From contig CT867995.1 of assembly GCA_000165425.1 (NCBI GenBank), positions 271,173 through 302,230 on the forward strand: 31,058 bases of DNA, given 5' to 3'. The DNA comes from Paramecium tetraurelia (Eukaryota). Position numbers and translations under genes: made by a program. The stretch's first letter is position 1. Each line of letters opens with the position of its first letter. Positions 1 to 10,609 of the stretch are shown piece by piece. Under the pieces are notes generated by a model, which made no database searches, was not told where the DNA came from, and saw only the letters and a program-made list of their open reading frames with translations.

Positions 1-82
1 TGAATATCCTAGGATTTATATGAATTTTTATAAACCAATTTATATATGATATATTTGATTTAAAAATTAACCAATTTTATTT

Positions 83-1106
83 ATGTTGTTTAAATTTAGT
101 TAGCTTGTAAAGCAACCAGAGATTTATGATGCTTAGCTATTATCTAAAATGTAAGCTATTTCTAACTATATTAGATGCCCATTATAATTAAAACACAAAT
201 ATTTAATATTAGAATAGAAAATAAAGTAGGCAAAAGAATTGGAGCATGAAATCTATAAGATGAAAGATGAAGACCAAGGTTGGAAAAAATTAAAGATCAG
301 TTTAGAATTCACTCCCTAGAACACTCTGAATAGTAAATTCATAATCAGTATGAAATTAGAATGAAATTTTAGTAAGGCATGCTTTGGCATGGCATAATTA
401 TTTTAAAAGAGTAACAGAATTTAAGGATTCAAATATCTATCATTATGATTTGATTGATCCTCCTTTGCAATATTTAGGCACTAAACAATGTGATAAATTA
501 AAGTTAGAAATTAATAAATTGGAATTTGATAAAGTCTATGTGTCACCATTGTTAAGGCATATTATTTGAAAGTAATTATAGAGCAATACAAACAACTCAA
601 CTATTGTTTTGTAACCATCCATAGAAGGAGAAGATTTAATTTATCCTATGTCCAGATATTTGCGAGAAAATAAGCACCATAAATTCAGTTTATAAATGGG
701 GCACCCTTACATAACTATTAAAAGATGTATCCTTTATATAAATTATTATTAGAATGGAAATCCAATTCAATTTGATTTTAGTTAGATGCCAGATAATCTT
801 GAGTTTTGGCAATTCAATTTATTACAAAAAAGTTACGACTTAAGAGATTGCTAAGCAAATAAGGAAGATTTCGAAAGATTCATAGTTGATGAGTTTGTCA
901 GAAAAGGATCAAGCTTTTAATTAGAACACGGCAGGGGTGTAATCAGTAGAGTGTAAGGATTTGTAAACAAAATAAAAGAAGATCAAACTTAAAGTAAAAT
1001 TGGTATCGTGACACATTTTCAAATTATAAAATCAATATTACAATGTAGCAGATAAAGAATAGATTTTAAATTTGGAAATGGAGCTGTGTTTGGACTTAAT
1101 TTGTGA
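83..1106 (+). CDS. Histidine phosphatase (phosphoglycerate mutase-like) family protein, 3 micro-introns
   Basis: Ciliate code, ATG 83 to TGA 1104-1106. Removing introns 348-372 (25 nt), 557-581 (25 nt, GC-AG) and 727-752 (26 nt) restores the family motifs FIIIRHALAWHN, DPPL..LG.KQ, VYVSPLLRAIQT and IGIVTHF. Confidence 0.88.
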
Positions 1107-1146
1107 TTTTTGTGATTAATTGATATTATTTATAAATATTGAATTA

Positions 1147-2502
1147 ATGGATCTGTTTAGGAAGCCTGTGAAAACCTAAGCTGAAATCGAAGTATTTTGT
1201 TATGTTTAAATAGATTCTATATAAAGAGCAATTCAACAAGTTAGAACCATTTATAAAAGTGCTTACTCTACAAAGTCATTCTGAATATTTAGAAGTAACT
1301 TCACTTTTTTATGTTCTTTAGCTTATTAGAAGAATTAAAGTGTATGAATTGATGGCATTTAATTTAGTGCCATAAAATGAATTGGACAATTTATATATGT
1401 TTTATTAAGGAAGGATGAGATAAGATTTATCAGATTTAGAGGATTTGGATGAATTTGCCTCAAAGTCCAAATTTATCAAGAAAAAAAAATAATAGTACTA
1501 GGAAGACTTACCTGAAGGTTATTTAATAGACAGACAAAATATGAATAAAATCGTAAGAAATATTTTAAATTAGTTCGCAGTTGAAAATTGTACTTTGCTT
1601 ATGCTGACACCTACAGACATTACATCGTTGCTTCTTAAACATGAGTAATTAATCAGACAGAAAAGACACTTTTTCTTAAATACTTTCAAACCTACCAATG
1701 TGGATGATAAATAATTGTTATGTCAAATTGCTGATTCACTATAAGTATTTCATAAATACATTAGCTTTTCTATTATGAAGAACTCGCTTGTATAATGTAA
1801 TTATATGAAAAATTGGATAACTTGTTTATCATTTTTACCGGAAGAGTGCAAATCTATACTAAAAGAAACATTATTATGGAGTGCAACCCCATGGATTTTA
1901 TCAACGAAGAATGTGCCATGGCTAATTATTCAGCATAAGTTCTATCCAAAGATGCATAACTATTTAAAATAGATAAAGTATTGCTATAATTGTTTCCAGA
2001 ATCAGCAAAATTACTGATTGAGCATTCAAAAAAGCAGAAAAGTTTACTTAGAAGAAAATTAATAGAAAATCACATTGTTGATTTATAAATACCAGAAAAC
2101 TAAGCTTACAAATTTCAAAGATAGCATAAATTTAGAAGCATGATCTCCTTAGATAAACTATTTAAGCCAGCCTAACCTCTTCAATAAAAATCTGAACAAA
2201 CTACAATGACTGGATTCAACAGAAAAGAAACATAACATAGAAAAAAACTATCAACAGGAAGTATTGAAGTATCCGATAAAGAAGTTGTGCAGGTTCTTTT
2301 CAACAAAAATTAATTTACCTCCAATCGAACACTTCAATCTTAAACATCCGATAAATTCAGCCGATCATCCTCAAATATCTCTAAATTACTCAATTTTAAT
2401 TTCTAATCTGTGTAACTGACCAAATCCTCGAAAAAAGTTTAAAGCTTGTGCCTATTACCTGAGATGTCTCAAAAATAAAATAAATAATCCTCATTATTAT
2501 GA
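1147..2502 (+). CDS. Uncharacterised protein with probable degenerate cyclic-nucleotide-binding-like domains and a Ser/Lys-rich tail
   Basis: ATG 1147 to TGA 2500-2502, with frame-restoring introns 1192-1213 and 1745-1764; possible in-frame introns at 1295-1321 and 1553-1573. LDNLFIIFTGRVQIY...DFINEE...YSAQVLSKDAQLFKID and LDNLYMFYQG...FAVENCTLLML resemble CNB beta-roll motifs. Confidence 0.7.
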
Positions 2503-2975
2503 ATAATTATAAAAAGCTTGTAATCAAATCTAATTCTTTATTATTACTATAACTCTATTGAGAATCAATATATAATTTATAGTAATGTTATTATTAAGAA
2601 GTTTTAAATTATATTATAAAATATATTATTGGATATTAATTATTTCTGATATCACTTGATAATTGTATTATCCTTTAAGAACAGCCTTACTTAAAAAAAT
2701 TGAGCGCTCAATATTTTCTTGCTGCAAACAAAAAGAGCTATTCTTTTACTACTTCATCTTTTTCTTGAAAACTTTAGTCTTTTTCTTCATTTAAATGATA
2801 CTCTCATTTCATTGAGCTTATTATAAAACTTATTAAACTATATAACTCAGAATAGTTAATGAAATTTTCAGACTCAATATTTATATTAGATTACGGTCTT
2901 CTACATCTCAAATTAATTTTGTAAAGTGTAAATACTAACAATTTGAATAATAATTTGTAATTATAGGTAATCAAT

Positions 2976-3191
2976 TCATTTCTTAGAATTTTTCTTATTC
3001 TATTCTAGTAATTTATTTGAGTATTCTTCTGGAAAAGCAGCTTCATCTAATTTTTACCAAAATTTTTTTTTCATGAATTCTGTTTTGTGTACAAACTTAT
3101 TGAATGACTAATTTTAAACTAAATATTGCGTAAGATGAGGGTTTTCTTTAGCATTTAAGAAAATGTTCAATTTATTTAATAAATTCCTCAT
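2976..3191 (-). CDS. Small 71-aa hypothetical protein (intronless)
   Basis: ATG 3191 to TGA 2978-2976 in ciliate code: MRNLLNKLNIFLNAKENPHLTQYLVQNQSFNKFVHKTEFMKKKFWQKLDEAAFPEEYSNKLLEQNKKNSKK. Protein-like composition with AT-rich flanks. Confidence 0.6.
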
Positions 3192-3743
3192 AAAATTATT
3201 AATAATAATATAATCTCTATAAATTATGAAGAATTTTATTCTTAAATACCGATTAATATCTACAAACTCTTGCCTTCTGTTAGAACCGAATAGTCTTTTC
3301 TGATTTCATTCAATAATGAAAGCCTAAATCAAAATTATTTTTTTCGTTTTCTTTACTAAATTGATCAACAAAAGTATTCGAAATCAAGTGCTTAAATGGT
3401 GATATATATTAGATTAACAATTATTAAAAATAATATGCTTCAGTATGTTATTGAATAGCTATAACTAAGTTCAAGCATATATTAATTTGGATAATTCTAG
3501 AAATTTTATATAATAAATTTGGCAAGTGTAATGAAAACAGTTATAAAATTAGTGAATTAAACACTATTTAAGATTTGGTGTCACTTTTATTTGTATAACT
3601 CAATATAAATTATTGATGAACAATTCATTTTGTGATTAGAATTATTTTAATTTATTTAAATATAAATGCAATTGAATATTTAGTCCAATTATGAGGAATT
3701 CATAAATAAATAATGGTTGATTATTAATAATGACAATTATAAT

Positions 3744-4274
3744 TCATTCATTCTTTGGAACTTCCTCTTACAAGGCCTTATTGCTTTCATAGGCTTTTTC
3801 AAATTCAGTTTTAAATCTTTCGACTTCTTCTGGTGAAATAAATCGAACACACAATTGCCAAACTTTTGGTTATTCATCAGAAGCGTCATAGCATGTCCAT
3901 ATCCATGACTTGTCGGCTGTCTTCAATTAGGATAATTTGCAAAAGCCCTCTTATGCTGTGATGAAATGATTAGCAATTAATTTTCCAGTCTTATCTTATC
4001 TCATAAGTAATCTGATTTTATTTGTTTATTTATTTTTAAGGAATTTCATGTCTCCAACACCTCTTTCCTAAGAGTAAATCATATATATTACCTTCCATTA
4101 AGCATCTGCAAATCTATAAATTTTAGCTCGGAATTTAGCTACTTCTTCATCATTTTCTTCTCCGGTTTAAACAGGTAGTTAAGGAAGAGTTGCCTATCCT
4201 TCTCCTACAAACACTTCTTATTCTGGATTGTAGTCTTCTCCTACTTATTCATCATCATCACCGTGAGGGTCCAT
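3744..4274 (-). CDS. RANBP1: Ran-binding protein 1 (RanBD), 168 aa
   Basis: MDPHGDDDEQ...[59 protein letters not shown]...DKSWIWTCYDASDE...CVRF...FKTEFEKA. One 24-nt GT-AG intron (4068-4091) splits the WKERG motif. Confidence 0.96.
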
Positions 4275-4524
4275 TGATTAAATTAAAAAATTATTTAAAT
4301 ATTTAAATTTATATTGGTGGGTGATGTCCTTTAATTATGATTTCTATACAATGGAATCTTTCGGAATTTAAGAATCCGTATTAATCAAATTTCTATAATA
4401 CATATTTATTCATGAATCACATAGTCTATGTAAATTTGACTATTTTTATTTTTATGTGCTACATTAATTATAAAAACAACAAAGAATTAAAAATCAATAT
4501 AATAAAAAGAAAAACAAAATTCCA

Positions 4525-5185
4525 TCAAGTACAACAATTCTGTCGAGGTCTTTATTACAGGACATCTTGTGAGACTTTTCTGGCTTATAAATTCTGAGCA
4601 AGTTAATCAATCAACTCATTTATTCCCTCTCCTGTTTTCGTTGATATTTCACAATACAACAGGTTTTTAGCCTTACAAAATTATTGAACCTTTTCTTATG
4701 CAATACATCTGAGTTCTACTCCATCGTGAATCAGGTCTAATTTATTTCCTACTATTATAATCACAATTCTATCGTCAGCATTATTGTAAATATCTTCATT
4801 TATTATTTATGACTACCTTTCAACCAGAATTGTAAATTTTCATAAGAATATAAATCAGTCAGATCATAAAACAATAATGCCCCTTGTGATTAATGAAAAT
4901 GGCTAAATAGTGTAATTAATACTTTGAAGTTAAAGACTTATATTTCTCAGAACCAGCTAAATCAAAAATATAATACCTGTGTCCCAAATTTTTAGATTGA
5001 TTATTAATTCCTTAAAAACAACCTACTTTGTTGCATACTCAACTCCAATTGTTGATTAGGGTTATCTTGGAGCAACATTCTTAGTTATTCGAATAAAAAA
5101 GCTTGTCTTCCCAACCTTGTTATCTCCTACTAAAATAACTTCGTTTGATATCTGAGTTACCTTTATACGATTAAATTTAATTCAT
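4525..5185 (-). CDS. Rab-family small GTPase (divergent), 191 aa
   Basis: Four introns (5139-5160, 4957-4976, 4903-4922, 4794-4816). Motifs YKVILVGDNKVGKT, STIGVEY, IWDTAGSEKY, GNKLD, EISTK, and a C-terminal CCT* prenylation signal. Confidence 0.93.
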
Positions 5186-5706
5186 AATAAAAATATCAAT
5201 ATAAAAATTCAATAATTTTATTTTCAAATCATCATTGGCAATCACAAAGTAATAATGTTTGATCGATCTTGTTTAATAACTCTAGTATCATTTTATCAAT
5301 GAAATTTAAATCTATCATTAATTTTAACATAAAATTTATAATTATTACTTAAATATTATTTATGTATCTTTAAGGCATTTTATACTTGGCTAAACTTAGG
5401 CTTTGAAGACTTAGTTTTCGGTTTCGTTTACTGATTGCAAATTTCAAAATTAGTGCTTTCAATTTTCAAGATTACTTCCTTATTATACTTACATTTGATA
5501 TAAGAAAGTTATTATAGTCTCTATTTAATGACAACAAACATGTTTCTGTATATATATGAGTGCTATTTTTATTTAGAAGTTCTCCTAAAATGAAGAAGGA
5601 TTTATCCTTGAAGTTTATACACTCAATTCTGATTGTAAGGCTAGTATAAAACAATATTATTTAATTAAGAAAATAATAATTTATAATATTAAATAAAAAA
5701 TGTAAA

Positions 5707-8700
5707 ATGGCTTAAACAACAAGATAAGTATAAAATAAACAATACTAAGCTTCGATTAGTAATTTTTGTGAGCTTATAAGATTAAATAATAATTAAATAT
5801 TAATTGGCCGAAAATAGGCTAAAGAAATGATATCATGTGTAAGCATATTATAAAGAGAGATATCAAGTAAACCTTAATATTTAAATGAAGAGTAAAATGC
5901 TACAATAACAATATGGTAGCTAAAATAATACATCAAAGAAACTAGAACAAGGAAGATAAGATAAGTCTAAGAATACCAGATAAAATAAAGGAAAAATATT
6001 AATATAGAAAAAGCAGTGTGGCAATATAATCCAACAATTTAAAAAAGCCAAGACAATACTGGCTATTAAAATTGCATTGGTATAATTCTTATCTTTTAAA
6101 GTTATTAAACAATTTAGAATTGAACATACAAGAAAAAGTTGTGAAAAATTATGATGCAAAAATTTAAAAGAACTCGGAAGATTCTAGTTATTACCACAAC
6201 AAAGGTATAAGAAATTATGTAGAATTGTTAGCTGTTAATTTAGAAAAAATGAATAGATTAGAAGAAGCTTTGGAAAATTATGATTTAGCAATTTTAAAAA
6301 ACCCAAAACATTCTGAATTTTATAATTGTAAAGGTAAAATTAATATTCAAAATTTCTAAGCTAATATTTTAGAAAAAATGAACAGATTAGAAGAAGTTTT
6401 ATAAAATTTTGATTTTGCAATATAGAATAACCCAGAAGAATCGAAGTACTACTTCAACAAAGGTTTAAATAAAATGTTACATTTCTAAAGGCTTTATGTT
6501 AGATAAAATGAACAAATTAAGAAGAGGGCTTTGTTATATTTATGATTTTTGCAATATAGAAAAACCCCAGAAAGATTATAGGTAATTACCTCCTAAAAAT
6601 GTATAATTATATATGATGAATATATTAGCTTATACTTTATATAAAATGAATAGATTTGAAGAATCTTTAAAAAATAGTGATTTAGCAATATTAAAAAACC
6701 CAGAAGATTCTAGGAATTACAATAATAAAGGTACATTTTAAGTTGTAGAATTAATAAGCTACTGCTTTATTATAAATGAACAGATTAGAAGAAGCTTTGG
6801 AAAACTTTGATTCAGCAATTTAGAAAAAAAACCCAGAAGATTCAAGATATTACTTTAATAAAGGTAAATCTAAAGTTGTAGAATTAATAAGCTACTGCTT
6901 TATTATAAATGAACAGATTAGAAGATGCTTTGGAAAACTTTGATTCAGCAATTTAGAAAAAAAACCCAGAAGATTCAGGATATTACTTTAATAAAGGTAT
7001 ATTTAAAGTTGTAGAATTAATAAGCTGCTACTTTATTATAAATGAACAGACTAGAAGAAGCTTTAGAAAATTATGATTTAGCAATATAGACAAACCCAGA
7101 AGTATCGAAGTACTACTTCAGCAAAGGTATAAATAAATCTAATATTTCTCAGCCTTGACTTTAGATTAAATGAACAAATTAGAAGAAGCTTTGTACAATT
7201 ATGATTCAGCAATTTAGAAAAACCCAGAAAATTCTAGGTATTACCACAACAAAGGTTTAATTTAATATATAGAATTATTAGCTGTTATTTTAGGAAAAAT
7301 GAACAGATTAATAGAGGCTTTGGAAAATTATGATTTAGCAATTTTGAAGAACCCACAAGAATTTAGGCATTATAATAATAAAGGTATAATTAACATTGTA
7401 TAATATTTTAGCTATTATTTTAGATAAGATGAGCAGATTAGATGAAGCTTTGTAAATTTATAATTATGCAATAAAGAAAAATCCACAAGATTGGATGCAT
7501 TACCATAACAAAGGTTTATCTAGATATCTATAATAAATTAGCGATTACTTTAACAAAATTGAACAGATTAGTAGAAGCATTAGAAAATTTTGATTTAGCA
7601 ACTTAGCTGAATCTATCAAATTCTAGCTATAGTAATGGGAAGGGTATAATTAAATATTTATAATTTGTTAGCCGATATTTTATATAAAATGAACTAATTA
7701 GAAAAAGCTTTAGAATAATATGATTCCGAAATTTTGAAAAACCCAGAAAATGCTTTATATTTTAATGGCAAAGGTATAAAAAAATATAAATAATTTAGCT
7801 ACTATTTTAATTTAAATGAATAGATTAGAAGAAGCTTTGGAAAATTTTGATTTAGCTATTTAGAAAAATCCAGAAGATTAAAGGTATTACCACAATAAAG
7901 GTATATTTAAATTTGTAGAATTTATAAGCTGGCGCTTTATTAAAAATGAACAGATTAGAAGAAGCTTTGGTAAATTATGATTCTGCTATTCAGAAAAACC
8001 CAGAAGGTTCAATTCATTACTCCAATAAAGGTATATTATTTATGTATAATATGTTAGCTTATACTTTACTTATGATGAATAGATTAGAAGAAGCTTTAAA
8101 TAATTTTGATTTAGCAATATAAAAAAACCCAGAAGATTCAATTAATTACTTTAATAAAGGTATATTTAAAATTGTAGTAATTAATAAGCTTTCACTTTAT
8201 TAAAAATGAACAGATTAGAAGAAGCTTTGGAAAATTATGATTTAGCAATATAGAAAAACCCAGAATTTGCTGAATATTATAATGGGAAAGGTATATAAAA
8301 TATATATTATTTAGCTAACTCTTTACAAAACTTAAACAGATTGGAGGAAGCTTTGGAATATTATGATTCAGCAATTTAGAAAAATCCAGAAGATTATAGG
8401 TATTACCATAACAAAGGTATACTTATAAATGTAGAATTTATTAGCTTTTAATTTAGAAAAAATGAATAGAGTAGAAGAAGCTTTGGAAAATTATGATTTA
8501 GCAATTTTTAAAAACCCACAACATTCTGAATCTTATAATTGTAAAGGTAAAATTAATATTTAGGAATTCTAAGCTAATATTTTATAAACAATGAACAGAT
8601 TAGAAGATGCTATATAAAATTATGATTTTGCAATATAGAATAGCCCAGAAGAATCGAAACACTACTACAACAAAGGTATAAAAAATGTAATATTCCTCAG

Positions 8701-9293
8701 CCATGACTTTAGATAAAATGAACAAATTCGAAGAAGCTTTGTAATATTATAATACAGCAATTCAGAAAGACCCTGCAAATTCTGAGTATTATAATGGAAA
8801 AGGTAAAGTTTAATATGAATAATTTTTTAAGCTAATACTTTAACAAATATGAAGAACTTCGAAGAAAGTTTGAAAAATTTTGATATAGCAATATAGAATA
8901 ACCCAGAAGATTCAAAGGTCTTCTTCAACAAAGGTTTAAGTTAATTCATATAATTTCTAAGCTTTTGCACTACACAAAATAAAAAGATTTGAAGAAGCTT
9001 TGTTAAATTATGATACAGCAATTTACAAAAACTCTGAAAATTCTGAATACTTTTATGGAAAAGGTATGCTTAAAATGTATACTTTAAGCGATTGCTTTAG
9101 CTGAAATGAACAAATTAGAAGAGGCTTTTGCATATATTGATTAAGCGATTTAGAAAAACCCTGAAATTTCTCACTATTACGATGCCAAAAGTATATTTAA
9201 GTTTTTATATTTTTAGCATAAATTTTACTTTAAATGAATAGAATTTAAGAGGTCTTTGAAACATAACGGATTGATTTTTTGAGATTTTTATGA
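5707..9293 (+). CDS. TPR-array protein (~24 TPRs), one TPR-length exon per unit; possibly damaged or containing sequence errors
   Basis: ATG 5707 and an N-terminal non-repeat region, then exons with consensus AxxLxKMNRLEEALENYDxAIQKNPEDSxYYxNK (34 aa), TGA 9291-9293. The exon at 6102-6204 is 103 nt and the unit at 6491-6600 is frameshifted. Confidence 0.85.
6205..9216 (+). repeat. Tandem array of ~130-nt intron+exon units (24 introns, 23 internal exons)
   Basis: Counted directly: 20 exons of exactly 102 nt, 2 of 105 nt (6759-6863, 6892-6996) and 1 garbled (110 nt). Introns are 24-29 nt GT-AG, nearly all in AAAG|GT...AG|C context (phase 1). Confidence 0.95.
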
Positions 9294-9699
9294 ATTTCAA
9301 ATATTATCATTTTTAACATTATTTTTTATTTCTAATGTAAAATGTCTTGTATATTAAATAAATAGGATGAAGTTTGGAAATATTATCATTTATATATTCA
9401 GCAATATTACCTCTAAACTTAATTTATCTATTGCGCTTAAGAATGGTGTCAACAACATTATCGTGTAATTTGTCAATCAAAATGGTATAATTACAAAACA
9501 AGTTAAGGTTATGCTAACATATAGTTGCTGCTTATTAGCTTTTGAACAAAAACCATTATTATAAGAGATTGTATTGTTTTTAAATATGTCTTTAGTAATA
9601 ATACATTGTCTAAAATAGAATAAATCATTAAAGCCATTATTTACTTATAATGGTTTATTTAGTAAGATAGCCATTATTTTGATAACCAGATAAAATTTT

Positions 9700-10010
9700 C
9701 TTAATGTATATTTATCGTAGAATCATTAAATTTGAGCTGCGTCATTAATCTTCAAGGACCAAATATTCAATACTATCTAATTTTACTTTATTATTCTATT
9801 CTAAATTTTAGATGGAAATAAAATAATCTCTAATGACTTTGATGAAATTAGACCCTACTATAGAAAATTAAATTGATTTGTTCAACATAAAAATATATTG
9901 ATAGACCTTAAAGTTAACACCTCTAAATAGCATATCAATATTTTAGTGAATTAGATAAACTTAATATAATCTTGGAAAAGTCTCAATTATGTTTTAATAA
10001 TAATGGAGTA
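9700..10010 (+). pseudogene. Degenerate fragment resembling the Walker B region of a NACHT/STAND NTPase
   Basis: ASLIFKDQIFNTI...NKIISNDFDEIRPYYRKLN*FVQHKNILIDLKVNTS resembles the DxxDE...KVIITxR pattern of ciliate NACHT proteins. Contains an in-frame TGA and has no start codon. Confidence 0.35.
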
Positions 10011-10609
10011 ATCTAAAAAGGGTACTAATCAAATATTATTTACAATAGATTTATTTTTCTAAATAATCATTTGAAATGAAATTTTATTTAGTAAATAAAA
10101 CTTTCTGCACACAATTTTATCATTCAATATATATATATGTTGGATACAAATCTTAAGATATAATAATTGAGTGATCCAAATCCTTATAATTTATATTTAG
10201 AAATATTGATTTTATTATGCCTATTTTTAAGTTACAGAAAGTATTCAATAAAATATTCGAAATTACTTCATTAAAATTTACAAATTATGTTTGCCATAAG
10301 TAGAGTGAATTTTTGATAACCTAATATTATCTTTTACAATAATATGATTGAATAAATATTAGAAATAAAGTTTTCATTGCAAAATAGAATAGTGTTGAAG
10401 ATCTAAAATACGAATTTCATGTAATTTCCCAATCATATATATAGAAATTTAAGTTGAAAAAAATGTGTATAGAAAAAATTTGTTTCAAAATTTAGAAAGT
10501 TTTATGAAGTTCCATTCTCAAAAAGTATTAAAGTCCATTTGAAGAATAATACGCAAGTTAATCTCCTCAACCAATTTTTGTTTCCTAGAGTTTAACTTAA
10601 ATTCAAATT

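Noticed and set aside
1..49. Possible 3' end of an upstream gene (EYPRIYMNFYKPIYI*)
   Set aside because: Too short to support without upstream sequence.
2640..2910. Possible minus-strand gene
   Set aside because: Only short protein-like pieces, each ended by TGA; no consistent model.
6205..9216. Repeat-and-spacer pattern as a CRISPR or non-coding array
   Set aside because: The short variable segments are GT-AG introns and the long units translate as TPRs.
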